Of a DNA stretch of 64,000 nt, positions 18,618-28,309 are shown piece after piece. Every line of letters starts with the position of its first letter. Within the stretch, counting starts at the first letter, position 1. The translations under genes and the position numbers were made by a program. A model generated the notes under the pieces. That model was given only the letters and a program-made list of their open reading frames with translations. It was not told the DNA's origin and did not search any database. The DNA comes from an uncultured Desulfobulbaceae bacterium (GTDB lineage: Bacteria > Desulfobacterota > Desulfobulbia > Desulfobulbales > CALZHT01). The stretch lies in NCBI GenBank assembly GCA_945787445.1, contig CALZHT010000024.1:2398-66397 (forward strand), in the 5' to 3' direction.

Positions 18618-20021
18618 TTACTCGGCGTCACCTTTGTCAAAACCATACCTGTCCAATTTGTAGCGGAGGGCACGGTAGGTGATCCCCAGGAGTTCTGCGG
18701 CCTTGGTCTTGTTGCCCTGCGTCTCATCAAGCGCGCGGACAATCAGATACTTCTCAACATGCTCAAAATTATTATCCAAACGCAGGTTTTCACCAAAGGC
18801 AACTTCTTTTGCCAGTATATCTTCTCCGGAAAGATGAGGCAGGAGTTGCGAGGAATGGATCCATGGACCGTCTGTCATGATGACCGCTCTTTCAATTATG
18901 TTCTCCAGTTCTCTTACGTTTCCGGGCCAGTCATAGCTCATCAGCAACAGGATGGCTTCGGTGGTAAATCCTTTGATGTCCTTATTGTTTTCCTTGACAT
19001 ACTTTCTTAGTAAATGCTCCGCGAGTAGCGGGATGTCTTCTTTGCGCTCACGCAGAGGCGCAAGATAGATGGGCAGGACATTGAGTCTGTAGTACAAGTC
19101 TTCCCGGAAATTTCCTTTCTTTATTTCTTCGTACAGGTCCTTGTTAGAAGCAGCAATGACCCGGACGTCCGCACTGATGGTCTGGTTGCCCCCCACCCGT
19201 TCAAAATTTCTCTCCTGCAAAAAGCGAAGCAGGCTGACTTGTACACCTGCATCAATCTCCGAAACTTCATCGATAAACAAAGTCCCATTGTGGGCTGCCT
19301 CAAACTTTCCTATTTTGGTTGTTTGGGCTCCGGTAAAAGCGCCTTTCTCATAGCCAAAAATTTCGCTGGCCAGTAGGCTTTCCGGAATAGAAGAACAGGT
19401 CAGCGTCACAAAGGGACCATTTTTTCGCAGGCTGTTGTAGTGGATGGCGCTTGCTACCATCTGCTTGCCGGTGCCGCTTTCACCCAGGATCAAGACCGTG
19501 GCATTGGTCGCTGCAACCTTCTCAATATTCTGATAGACCTCCTGCATTTTGTAGCTTTTGCCGATGATGTTGCCAAATGAATGCCGTAAATAAAGCTCCT
19601 GGCGGAGCGTATCGATTTCCTGTTGCAGCCTTTTCTTTTCCAGAGCCTTTTCGAGGTATATGAGTAGTTCATCCAAATTCAACGGCTTGGTAAGGTAATC
19701 ATAAATGCCCCGTTTCATGGCATCGACTGCCTGCTGTATAGTGCCAAAGGCTGTCATGACAATAATCTGCACATCGGGCGCCTTTTCCTGCAGTGCATCG
19801 ACCAGGGAAAGATTGGACAACCCTTTCATTTTCATATCCGTGAGGATGACGTCAACAACAACTTCTGAAAGGAGCTCTATGGCCCGGTCGCCATTTGCCG
19901 CAGCATGCACTTCATAGCCGCGTCGGGTCAGGAAATCCGTTATCCCCTGGCGGAGATGGGCCTCGTCTTCAATGACCATAATGGCGCCCTTTTCTGTTGC
20001 TGTTTTTTCTACTTTATCCAT
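18618..20021 (-). CDS. Sigma-54-dependent response regulator (NtrC family: receiver + AAA+ sigma-54 activator + Fis-type HTH)
   Basis: Receiver with D54-equivalent (ILTDMKM), GESGTGK, GAFTGA and ESELFGYEKGAFTGA motifs, and a C-terminal HTH. Confidence 0.9.
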   Translation of the reverse strand: MDKVEKTATEKGAIMVIEDEAHLRQGITDFLTRRGYEVHAAANGDRAIELLSEVVVDVILTDMKMKGLSNLSLVDALQEKAPDVQIIVMTAFGTIQQAVDAMKRGIYDYLTKPLNLDELLIYLEKALEKKRLQQEIDTLRQELYLRHSFGNIIGKSYKMQEVYQNIEKVAATNATVLILGESGTGKQMVASAIHYNSLRKNGPFVTLTCSSIPESLLASEIFGYEKGAFTGAQTTKIGKFEAAHNGTLFIDEVSEIDAGVQVSLLRFLQERNFERVGGNQTISADVRVIAASNKDLYEEIKKGNFREDLYYRLNVLPIYLAPLRERKEDIPLLAEHLLRKYVKENNKDIKGFTTEAILLLMSYDWPGNVRELENIIERAVIMTDGPWIHSSQLLPHLSGEDILAKEVAFGENLRLDNNFEHVEKYLIVRALDETQGNKTKAAELLGITYRALRYKLDRYGFDKGDAE

Positions 20022-22383
20022 GACACATACCTCCTTTGACCGGCAGTTTCACGATAACACAGGTGCCTTTGCCGACCTCACTCTCTATTTCAATGGTGCC
20101 GTCATGCTGTTCAATAATCAACTGCGTCAAGGGCAGGCCGACGCCCATGCCTCCTTCCTTAGTACTGAAATGAAAGTCAAAGGCATGTCTGATCTCTTCC
20201 GGCGTTATCCCGCTGCCGCTATCAATCACCCTGATCACACTCCATTCTTTATCCCTCTGGAACTCTATCATGATTTCAGAGGAATCAGGCATGGCATCCA
20301 TCGCGTTTTGCAGGATGTTTGCAAGGGCCAGGGTGAGCCGCTCTCGATCACACTCGATACATATTTGTTCAGGGGGTGCTGCAATTTTTACTTCCCCGCT
20401 CTTCATTTCCAGGGCCGTTCGAACTCTGTACAAAGCGCCATGCACAATATCCTCAAGAATGCACGGAATCGGTTTCAACTTTGTTTCGTGCGGGACCATG
20501 GATCGGACAAATTTTTCCAAGAAGCGATTCAATCGCTGAATTTCAGAAGCAATAATTGAAAAGTATTGTGCAGGGCCATTACTTGCAGTGGCCTCTATTC
20601 TGCATTCGTCTTCAAGATTTTTTAAATTCACATCAATGGAAGCAAGAGGATTTCTGATCTCATGGGCCAACCCGGCCGCCAACTGGCTCACGGCCGCCAG
20701 TTTTTCTGATACGACCAGACGCCTTTCCAGACGCTTCTTTGCCTGATTTGCCGCTATCACCCCTGTCATGTCCTGGGCCACACAGACGATACCCTCAATT
20801 TTTCCCCCTTCATTGCGCATGGCGGAACTTGAGAAAGAGACGGGAACTCTCCGGCCATCCTTGCCGATATAGGTCATTTCAGCGGAACGGATATTACATT
20901 GCTTCGCGCCATTCTCAACAGGTAGCCCATGCTCAATAATTTTTTCAACCGGCCGGCCGATAAGTTCCTCTTTCTCGTATCCCAGTAACAGGCAGATAGC
21001 ATCATTCACCGTACGGATGGTGCCGGAGGGAGAAATAACGAAGAGGGTGTCGCACATGGTGCTGAGGATATCGTCGGTATATTCTTTTGCACTGATAATT
21101 TCCTCTTGTGATTGCTGCAGGGTTTCGGCCATTTTATCAAAGGACCGGGCCAGTTGTCCCAACTCATCCTTGGCCTGTAGGCCGATGCGGTGGTCGAGCT
21201 GTCCCATACCGACCATCTCTGTCCCCTTGGTGAGCTGTCTGAGGGGCATGATAACTCCTCTGACCAGATTGAACATGAAGAAGCCGATTATGGAAAGCAC
21301 GATACCTGACACAAATACCCCTTCCAGCCCCGCCATAGTGGTCATTGTCAGCAGCCTTTGCATCGCTTGGTCTATGTCTTGGTGGGCATACTCTATCTCC
21401 TGCCGGACATTGCGCAACAGGGTCAGTTCAACGAAAGGATGAAGCTTGGTTTCAACAAACGCCATCAGTTCTTGCGGTTGATCGTTCTTCTTTTTGGTAA
21501 TGGTTTGGGCAGCCATAAAATGGAAGGTTTGGTGATGTTTCTCAAGATCGACAATCCTTTGCAAGGTGTTTCCATTAGCGCTTTCCCAGCCGAGTGCGTT
21601 GCGATTTGTCAAGGCTTTGGTCAAGGCCTGCATGTTAGTTTTTGCATCCAGACCATGTTCTTCGAATGCTCCCAGCTCTCTTTCCTGACCCGACACCTGA
21701 TAATCCATTAATTCCCGGAACTGCATGCAAATGTTCACAAACACCTTGTCCGCCCTGAGGAAATATTCAATGGAGTTACGGGCCACATTGATATGCTTGA
21801 TAACTCTTCTGGACCCCCAGGGAGCATTCCCTATTTTCAGCAGGACATTATTGAAAGCAGTATTAACATCGTTCAATTCATTCGTCTCAGCCGCATCAAT
21901 CTCCTGAGACAACACATGGTTGATCCAGCGTTCCACCGTTTCTTCCAGGATGTCGTAGGCAGCTTCCTTTTCCCCGGCATCGGCAAGGTTAAAGGCCTGA
22001 TCCACTGTTTTTTTGACTTCACTGTACTTACGCTCTACTTCTGCAGCCAAGGCAATATCAAATTGTTCATCTTCTCCGAGCTCGCTCCGTCTCTCTATTG
22101 CTGCCACCCAGGCAGCGTGGGCCTCATCAACCAGAGCGGCTGTTTCATCAATGGCTCTTTTCTTCTGATTATTTTGATAAAAAAGATAGTCCATGGTCCG
22201 AGTGATATGCGTGACAATGGCTGCCCGTGTTTTCAGCACTGCATGCAGTTCGTCAAGGGCGGCTGCGGCAGAGTGTATCTGCAGGTGGGCCTCTCTGCTG
22301 TCCCAGAACATTTTGGCCGCAAACAGGATAAACAGCATGAGAATAACAGATAATATGACGACAAGTTTCCCTTTAATGCTCAT
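20014..22383 (-). CDS. Sensor histidine kinase (periplasmic sensor, HAMP, PAS, HisKA, HATPase_c)
   Basis: N-terminal TM, long periplasmic region and a second TM. H-box LAHEIRNPL and G-boxes DSGSGI / GGMGVGL. Overlaps the RR gene by 8 nt. Confidence 0.85.
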   Translation of the reverse strand: MSIKGKLVVILSVILMLFILFAAKMFWDSREAHLQIHSAAAALDELHAVLKTRAAIVTHITRTMDYLFYQNNQKKRAIDETAALVDEAHAAWVAAIERRSELGEDEQFDIALAAEVERKYSEVKKTVDQAFNLADAGEKEAAYDILEETVERWINHVLSQEIDAAETNELNDVNTAFNNVLLKIGNAPWGSRRVIKHINVARNSIEYFLRADKVFVNICMQFRELMDYQVSGQERELGAFEEHGLDAKTNMQALTKALTNRNALGWESANGNTLQRIVDLEKHHQTFHFMAAQTITKKKNDQPQELMAFVETKLHPFVELTLLRNVRQEIEYAHQDIDQAMQRLLTMTTMAGLEGVFVSGIVLSIIGFFMFNLVRGVIMPLRQLTKGTEMVGMGQLDHRIGLQAKDELGQLARSFDKMAETLQQSQEEIISAKEYTDDILSTMCDTLFVISPSGTIRTVNDAICLLLGYEKEELIGRPVEKIIEHGLPVENGAKQCNIRSAEMTYIGKDGRRVPVSFSSSAMRNEGGKIEGIVCVAQDMTGVIAANQAKKRLERRLVVSEKLAAVSQLAAGLAHEIRNPLASIDVNLKNLEDECRIEATASNGPAQYFSIIASEIQRLNRFLEKFVRSMVPHETKLKPIPCILEDIVHGALYRVRTALEMKSGEVKIAAPPEQICIECDRERLTLALANILQNAMDAMPDSSEIMIEFQRDKEWSVIRVIDSGSGITPEEIRHAFDFHFSTKEGGMGVGLPLTQLIIEQHDGTIEIESEVGKGTCVIVKLPVKGGMCHG

Positions 22384-22425
22384 TGAGCTACCTCACTTTC
22401 CTGTTTTCTTACAAAAATAGATTCA

Positions 22426-22836
22426 TTAAAAAAATAAGGGTATCCTTCCTGTGGTAAAGGAAGGGGGAAGAGGCACACCTGATGCTGCCATCAGGGCCGT
22501 TGCTGCGATCCTATCCCCGGCAAGGCTGGTGGAACGGAAGGTGTTAACAACCCTGGCCCCTGCAATTTCCAGTGCTCCGGCATAGCTTATGCATAGGGGA
22601 GTTATGGATCTCAGGACATACAAATCATGCCGGGGCCGGATCTCGGCGATATCCAGTGGTCCACCCTCTGGTACAATCAGATCGACCTGAGTTCCCATTT
22701 CCCGAAGGCGGGTAATGGTTTCGGCCGTCACCGGACTGATATGGGGAACACGGGTCTCAGGTTCCAGTGCGTTAAGCAGAAATACGATTCTCATGATATA
22801 CATCTCCTTGGTCAGTAATGCGCTCCAGAAGGTCAT
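22426..22836 (-). CDS. Pre-ATP-grasp (RimK N-domain-like) only protein, a short paralog of the upstream ATP-grasp gene
   Basis: 136 aa resembling the first 110 aa of the 22772-23671 product but lacking the nucleotide-binding half. Overlaps that gene's 3' end. Confidence 0.4.
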   Translation of the reverse strand: MTFWSALLTKEMYIMRIVFLLNALEPETRVPHISPVTAETITRLREMGTQVDLIVPEGGPLDIAEIRPRHDLYVLRSITPLCISYAGALEIAGARVVNTFRSTSLAGDRIAATALMAASGVPLPPSFTTGRIPLFF

Positions 22837-23671
22837 CGGCGATGTGGTCGGCCACTCCCGGTATGCCGGTGAAGTTGGGAAATTCGTTTACTTCAATGAC
22901 CGCCAACCCATCCGGGGTTTCGATGGTGTCGACGCCGTAAATATCGAGGCCAAAGGTTTTGCCGCATTTTAAAGCCAGATCAGCCATCGCCCCGTCCGCG
23001 TGGACCTGTTGCGACGCTGCATTTGGATCACTATTGAAAGGAGCAGGCTTACGCACCGCAAAAACTTTCCGGCCGCATACATAGAGTTTCAAATCATATC
23101 CATAGTTAGGAAGATAATGTTGGGCCAGAACCATGTCTGTACCCCAGTGAATATCGCTCAGGTCCTCCGCTTTCCGGATGAAGCGCAAACCCTGACTATT
23201 ATCCCCATAAGTCGCTTTCAGGATGAGCGGAAAATTTTCCTTTGGCAACCTGGCAAGGACGGAGACGTCCTCGGCAAGATAGGTTGGGGGGCAGGGCACG
23301 CCTGCCCGCGCAAGGGCGATGGCCATTTTCGCTTTGTCCCTGACCTGCTGCGTGGCTGTGTGGCTGTTGATGGCCGGAATCCCTGCGACTTCCGCATAGC
23401 GAAGCATGGCCAGACCCAAAGGTTTGCGGTTTCTGGAAATGATGATCTCATAGCTGTTGAGATTGAGACAGGTGCCTTCTTCTATAGAGAGAAAGCCTGA
23501 TTCAGGATCAAAACAACAGCCTTGCGGGCAAATGATATCAGTGGCCACATCTCTGGCTTTGAGAGCCCGGATGACAGCGCCGGGCAAGTTCTGCCCGAGG
23601 TAGCGTCTTTCCACGATCACGCCGATTTTTATCGGATCGTTACTAAAATGAATGATATTGCTGGATGTCAT
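22772..23671 (-). CDS. ATP-grasp family protein (RimK/GshB-like ligase)
   Basis: ATP-grasp fold motifs (KATYGDNSQG; EVNEFPNF). Start set at MTSSNII (ATG 23671) behind a ccaaggagg RBS, because the longer ORF-track start runs into the conserved leader. Confidence 0.7.
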   Translation of the reverse strand: MTSSNIIHFSNDPIKIGVIVERRYLGQNLPGAVIRALKARDVATDIICPQGCCFDPESGFLSIEEGTCLNLNSYEIIISRNRKPLGLAMLRYAEVAGIPAINSHTATQQVRDKAKMAIALARAGVPCPPTYLAEDVSVLARLPKENFPLILKATYGDNSQGLRFIRKAEDLSDIHWGTDMVLAQHYLPNYGYDLKLYVCGRKVFAVRKPAPFNSDPNAASQQVHADGAMADLALKCGKTFGLDIYGVDTIETPDGLAVIEVNEFPNFTGIPGVADHIADDLLERITDQGDVYHENRISA

Positions 23672-23677
23672 GGCAAG

Positions 23678-23801
23678 AAACCTCCTTGGACAGCGACATA
23701 GAATGAGCAATGTCCCTCATGTGCCATCGCTCTTACTCCTTGTCTTTATGACCTAGTAGATTGCCATATCCGTGCCAAACTGTAACTAATTGATATTGTA
23801 G
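23678..23801 (-). promoter_or_regulatory. Conserved ~125-nt leader with a sigma-54-type promoter (minus strand TGGCAC-ggata-TGGCA at 23762-23777) and RBS, upstream of the ATP-grasp gene. Paralogous to 24793-24913.
   Basis: About 80% identical to the region upstream of the lipoprotein gene. GG-N10-GC spacing is canonical, and the RBS AAGGAGG is conserved. Confidence 0.5.
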
Positions 23802-23998
23802 TGTTTTGTGTTTTTAGTTTTTGCTTGCCATGAAGGTTGTTTCATAGCGTCACCCTCTGATTATGAAAAAGATTTCATAGTTGGGTTGAGAAACGAAACC
23901 CAACCTACCTTGCTGAAGTATATCAATAGTTAGAAATAAAAAAGGGCGGGAAGAGACCCGCCCTTGATGACATCCGCATTTATGCGGTTCAATATATG

Positions 23999-24787
23999 TT
24001 ATTCCCTGTTGGTGCTATGCAGCAAGATTGCCGATTTTATGTCATATCCGTGATAGCTTCCTTCGACTGCGTGTTTGAGTTCATGCGGCAGTGAAGGCAG
24101 TCCGATGTCTTTGTAATGCATTTGCGCCCAGTAATAGCTGTCTGCGTAATTTCTCCAGCTTCCATTATTAGTCAACGAAGCCAAATCTTCTACATGCATA
24201 ATTGTATGAGGCGGGGTAAGGGGGCCTGGATATCCCGGACTGGTGCGATGGTTATAAAGCGCGAGCCACATGGTGGTGGCGCTGTATTTTATATACCCCC
24301 TGCACATGCCGTTTGCGCTTCGGTCGCAGGGGAATCCCCAATGGTCGACGATTACTATGGTGTAATTGCTCAAGGCGCTTTGTATTTCTGCCGACAATTC
24401 CGGATAAAGAACTTCGGTTTCCGCTACCCGCTTAATTATCATTTGCTCGACCATGGCGTTGATTTCTCCTCTGTCCGTATATATCCAGCCGCCGTAAAAC
24501 AGCCCGTGTTCATACAATGATGGATCTATCCGTACGTCGCTTCCAGCCAGGTTCACGGACGAGACAGGTATGTCATATGTATATGTAATGTGAGATTTCA
24601 CTTCCCCCGGTCCAGGTCCCGAATCTCCACCTCCACATCCGGCCAGAACTAACAACGATAGACATCCCAACAAACCCAACACTATCAGATGTCTTTTATG
24701 CATGTGCTGCCTGGGATATAGTTTTTCAACGATTTCGACGACTTTCATGGAAATGCTATCGGATTTTACTATGTTTATAAATTTCAT
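23999..24787 (-). CDS. Lipoprotein of unknown function with an HExxH-like motif (HELKH)
   Basis: Lipobox LLVLAGC after MHKRHLIVLGLL. Start set at MKFINIV (ATG 24787) behind an aaggagg RBS. Confidence 0.55.
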   Translation of the reverse strand: MKFINIVKSDSISMKVVEIVEKLYPRQHMHKRHLIVLGLLGCLSLLVLAGCGGGDSGPGPGEVKSHITYTYDIPVSSVNLAGSDVRIDPSLYEHGLFYGGWIYTDRGEINAMVEQMIIKRVAETEVLYPELSAEIQSALSNYTIVIVDHWGFPCDRSANGMCRGYIKYSATTMWLALYNHRTSPGYPGPLTPPHTIMHVEDLASLTNNGSWRNYADSYYWAQMHYKDIGLPSLPHELKHAVEGSYHGYDIKSAILLHSTNRE

Positions 24788-24792
24788 GGTAA

Positions 24793-24913
24793 AACCTCCT
24801 TGGACAGTGACATAGAATGAGCAGTGTCCTGCACGTGCCATCACTATTACTCCTGCCTCTTATTACATAGTGGTGCCATATCCGTGCCAAACTGTAACTA
24901 TTTGATATTGTAG
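24793..24913 (-). promoter_or_regulatory. Second copy of the conserved sigma-54 leader (minus strand TGGCAC-ggata-TGGCA at 24874-24889), upstream of the lipoprotein gene
   Basis: See 23678-23801. Confidence 0.5.
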
Positions 24914-25442
24914 AATGAAATGTTTTTTACCTGACAAAACATGAAGAATGCTTCATAGCTTTACGCGGCAACTATGAAAAACATTTCATAGTGGGGATGA
25001 GGAAGAGGGAACTGCTACTTGCTGAGGAAAATAACTACAGGAGGCATTTAGGCGCTCTGCGCCAAAAGATAACAAATAAATTTGTTATGCTGTGTTTTAT
25101 ATTGTTAAATCAAGCAATTACTTGCCATAAATTTAGCTCTGACTTTAATAGCGGCGTAGGCGCGTTTAATAAGCCGGCTTCACTGATATAGTAAACGAGA
25201 AGCAACTGGGTAATTGTCTTGCTTCAAGATAATTTCCGGCTCAGCCGGCTTATGTATGGAACCAAAGGAATAAAGGGATTGCGGGATAAAAAAAAGCAGA
25301 GCCTTTATGACTCTGCCTTCTTGGAAACGATGAATTCCAAATTATTTCTTCTTTCTTCTGATTGTCGTTCCTGCCAGGACGATTATTTTTTTATCGTTGA
25401 GTCTTTTCTTTATATGGCATCTACTAGTAGCGCCGGATTCTA

Positions 25443-26048
25443 TTATTCCGAACTGCATAATTTGCACGGTCTGAACCCCGCCTTTTTAGCTTCCTTTAGG
25501 CTATTGAAAACAGCCGTACAGGTTGAGCTGTTGTAATTGTTGCACGTCCGGAGATGGAAAACATGGGTGTTTTTATTGCCGAAATACGCTTGCTCGGCAG
25601 GGGAGGGCGCAGACTTTTTCGATTTACTTTTCTTGGCAGGATTAATCTTCTGTTCTTGAAAATATGAAATATGGCCGATTTCCTGTTGTAATAACTCCTT
25701 GTGAATTTTTTTGGCGAGATTGCCTACGGAATATTTATCCAATGATTTTAGTTCCTCCATCCGGAACTGAACTTTCCCGTTTTTCCTTTTCAAATCTTTT
25801 GACTTGGTATCAGGCTGATAGATCCCTTTAATAAATGTATCAAGTCGAGCCAATTCAACACCAAACAGGATTTTATTTATTCTGTTTTTGCTCAGTTTGC
25901 GGAGCTTGCCGTCACAGCGACAGAGAGCCGAACCTTCATTGTTATAATTAAAGCTGATGATGTCTATTTTTGAGGCTTCGTGAAAAAATTCATCACAGAG
26001 AATATTTTGTTTATCCTTAATCTTTTTGAAGCGAAGCAATGGTTCCAT
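25443..26048 (-). CDS. Hypothetical protein with a C-terminal Ada-type zinc-binding-like domain
   Basis: C-terminal ...HVFHLRTCNNY...NSLKEAKKAGFRPCKLC resembles the Ada N-domain metal site (H.PSCP....F.S.EEA...GYRPCK.C). Confidence 0.45.
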   Translation of the reverse strand: MEPLLRFKKIKDKQNILCDEFFHEASKIDIISFNYNNEGSALCRCDGKLRKLSKNRINKILFGVELARLDTFIKGIYQPDTKSKDLKRKNGKVQFRMEELKSLDKYSVGNLAKKIHKELLQQEIGHISYFQEQKINPAKKSKSKKSAPSPAEQAYFGNKNTHVFHLRTCNNYNSSTCTAVFNSLKEAKKAGFRPCKLCSSE

Positions 26049-26124
26049 TTTTACCTCCTTTTTTCAAAACGGTTATTTACAGGATTTTCAAGGGAGTTCA
26101 TCCGGTCAAATTATCCTTTTATTC

Positions 26125-26604
26125 TCACTCAGAAAGCTTTTTGCATAACTCCGCCACCCGTTGCCCCAGCTTGAAGCCGTCCTGGGCAGCTGACTCATCC
26201 GGGGAACCGACGCAGCCAACACCATAGTGGCCTGAGGCATCCATGGGATCTCCCACAATGATCATACCGTAAATGAGCATGCACTGCAGGATGGAAAACA
26301 TGGTGGTTTCCTTACCGCCGGTATGATGACCGCCGGTGGCAAAGGCTGCTCCCACCTTGTTCTCCATTTTCCGCCGGGTGCCGACAAAATCATCAAACAC
26401 TTTTTTCAGTTCCGCGGCCATGACCCCGAAATATACAGGTGAGCCGGCAACAACACCGGAGGAATTGAGAAAATCATCCTTGCTCACTTCCTGGGTAGTC
26501 TTAAGAACTGCTTCAACCCCTGTTGCGGAAACGCCCTTGGCAATCTCTTCAGCCAGCTTCCTGGTATTGCCGCCCTTGGAAAAATACAGAACAAGAACCT
26601 GCAT
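26125..26604 (-). CDS. Flavodoxin-like fold FMN-dependent NAD(P)H oxidoreductase / flavodoxin family protein
   Basis: MQVLVLYFSKGGNTRKLAE... (flavodoxin_2 / WrbA-like phosphate-binding loop). Confidence 0.65.
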   Translation of the reverse strand: MQVLVLYFSKGGNTRKLAEEIAKGVSATGVEAVLKTTQEVSKDDFLNSSGVVAGSPVYFGVMAAELKKVFDDFVGTRRKMENKVGAAFATGGHHTGGKETTMFSILQCMLIYGMIIVGDPMDASGHYGVGCVGSPDESAAQDGFKLGQRVAELCKKLSE

Positions 26605-26628
26605 AATGCACCTCCGAATATTAATTGG

Positions 26629-27045
26629 TTATTCCTGATTCTTTTTTAATTTTTTTTCCAGATCTGCAAACAGGTCCTGTTTCTTTTTGTCTAATTCGGC
26701 TTGAACCGACTCAACCTTATTGGTAATATCCTGCCTGCTCTTCCGAAACTTTTCAATTTCTTTGTCAATACCGCTTTCTTTCTTTTCTTTTGAAATCTCT
26801 TCAAGCTTCAGGTGGTTTCCCACGAAGAGCTTAACATTGTAGGGTGTTTCGGTGACAATAACCGCACCTGTTTTACTTAGTTTCCCGGCTACAGTGGAGC
26901 CCCAGTCCAGGGAGCGGGAAAGCAATTGGCAAACCTCCTCCACAGAAGGGGGAGCGCCTTTCTGATGGGCAAGGACCCGTATTGCCGCAACAAAAAGATG
27001 CGCTTCGTCATAGAAGTCAATAGTTTTACCCATAGCGATCACCAA
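26629..27045 (-). CDS. Hypothetical protein with a coiled-coil C-terminus
   Basis: ORF with a K/E-rich tail and no recognised motif. Confidence 0.35.
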   Translation of the reverse strand: MVIAMGKTIDFYDEAHLFVAAIRVLAHQKGAPPSVEEVCQLLSRSLDWGSTVAGKLSKTGAVIVTETPYNVKLFVGNHLKLEEISKEKKESGIDKEIEKFRKSRQDITNKVESVQAELDKKKQDLFADLEKKLKKNQE

Positions 27046-27097
27046 GTTGAGTTTGTTGCTGGTTCCCCAATATTTTTTGTCAGGGAGTTTCAGCTTC

Positions 27098-27242
27098 TAT
27101 ACACAGCGCCATAAGTCCGATACATCCCATCATGCTTTGTCACTTGCTGAGGTGCCTGCTCATCCCGCTACAGCGGGACTCCGCCGGCTCCTCGCTCTTT
27201 CCTCGCCTGGTTGGTCGCCTCGAACTTATGTCGCTGTGTATA
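27098..27242. mobile_element. MITE-like element, family B, copy 1 (about 145 bp with ~23-bp terminal inverted repeats TATACACAGCGCCATAAGTCCGA)
   Basis: Second copy at 47101-47262, about 80% identical. Internal hairpin CCCGCTACAGCGGG. Confidence 0.6.
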
Positions 27243-27494
27243 AATCATTACATATAGCTCATATTTTGACGAAATTAAAGTCTGAGATGATTTATGCCAG
27301 GTAAAGTGCTTGCAAGCAAATTGTGGAGATCTATTATCTGTCCACTTTTCGCATCCGTATCATACAAAGTTCCTGGTAAAATTCCATGATCTATGAAATA
27401 AATGTTTACGCAAAGAGAACCGCAAATGATACGAAAAAGAGGGTAATATTTTGCCTAGGATTGGAGAAAAAGTTGTTAAGTAATAAAGGAGGAA

Positions 27495-28019
27495 ATGATG
27501 AATCCGGCACTCAATTTTATTTTTTCCAGACGCAGTGTGCGAAAATACCAGAAGAACAGGGATATTCCCCGGGAGATGATTACCGATATGCTGCAGGCGG
27601 CCATGGCTGCGCCCTCGGCAGTTGCCAAAGATCCCTGGCATTTTCTGGTGATCCGTGAACAGGAGACGCTCAACAAGGTCGCGGATGTTCTGCCCCACGG
27701 GCAGATGCTGCGTCATGCCGGGGCGGCTTTTATTGTGTGCGGCGAAATCAGCAGGGCTCACGATCAGTTGGAATCGTATATGCTGCAGGACCTGAGCGCT
27801 GCAGTGGAAAACATCCTCTTGGCCGCCACGGCCCTGGGGCTCGGATCCTGCTGGTTGGGCATGCATCCACGTAAGGAGAGGATGGAGGATATTCGCAAGC
27901 TCTTCAGCTTGCCTGACGGCATCATCCCCATGTGCGGTATTGCTTTGGGATGGCCGGCTGAACAACCGCCGCCCCGAACTCGTTATAGGGACGAATGTGT
28001 ACACAACGACAAGTGGTAG
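27495..28019 (+). CDS. Nitroreductase family protein
   Basis: RRSVRKY motif and the nitroreductase fold. 174 aa with an aaaggagga RBS. Confidence 0.8.
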   Translation: MMNPALNFIFSRRSVRKYQKNRDIPREMITDMLQAAMAAPSAVAKDPWHFLVIREQETLNKVADVLPHGQMLRHAGAAFIVCGEISRAHDQLESYMLQDLSAAVENILLAATALGLGSCWLGMHPRKERMEDIRKLFSLPDGIIPMCGIALGWPAEQPPPRTRYRDECVHNDKW

Positions 28020-28309
28020 AGTGAGATACAGTGTTCACGCTTGAGATATTTTCCGATTATGTTTGACCGTTCTGTTGGCTGGCGGAGCCGGCCCTGACTG
28101 AATTGGTAGGCAGGGAGCCTGGGATAACCCTTCGATGGCGCGCCTTTGAACTCCGCCCCGATCCGGTACCGACCCTTGATCCGCGCGGCGAATATCTGAC
28201 GAGTATTTGGCGTGATCATGTGTATTCATACCTTGAAAAAATTATAATTCCGGTATATCAGTGAATGATTGCTGCACGTATTAGTTTCTTGCCAACCGGG
28301 GTGAAGATA

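Noticed and set aside
28035-28260. Possible remnant ORFs between the nitroreductase and metallophosphoesterase genes
   Set aside because: There are only short, overlapping frames on the minus strand with no motif. They are probably promoter/intergenic DNA.
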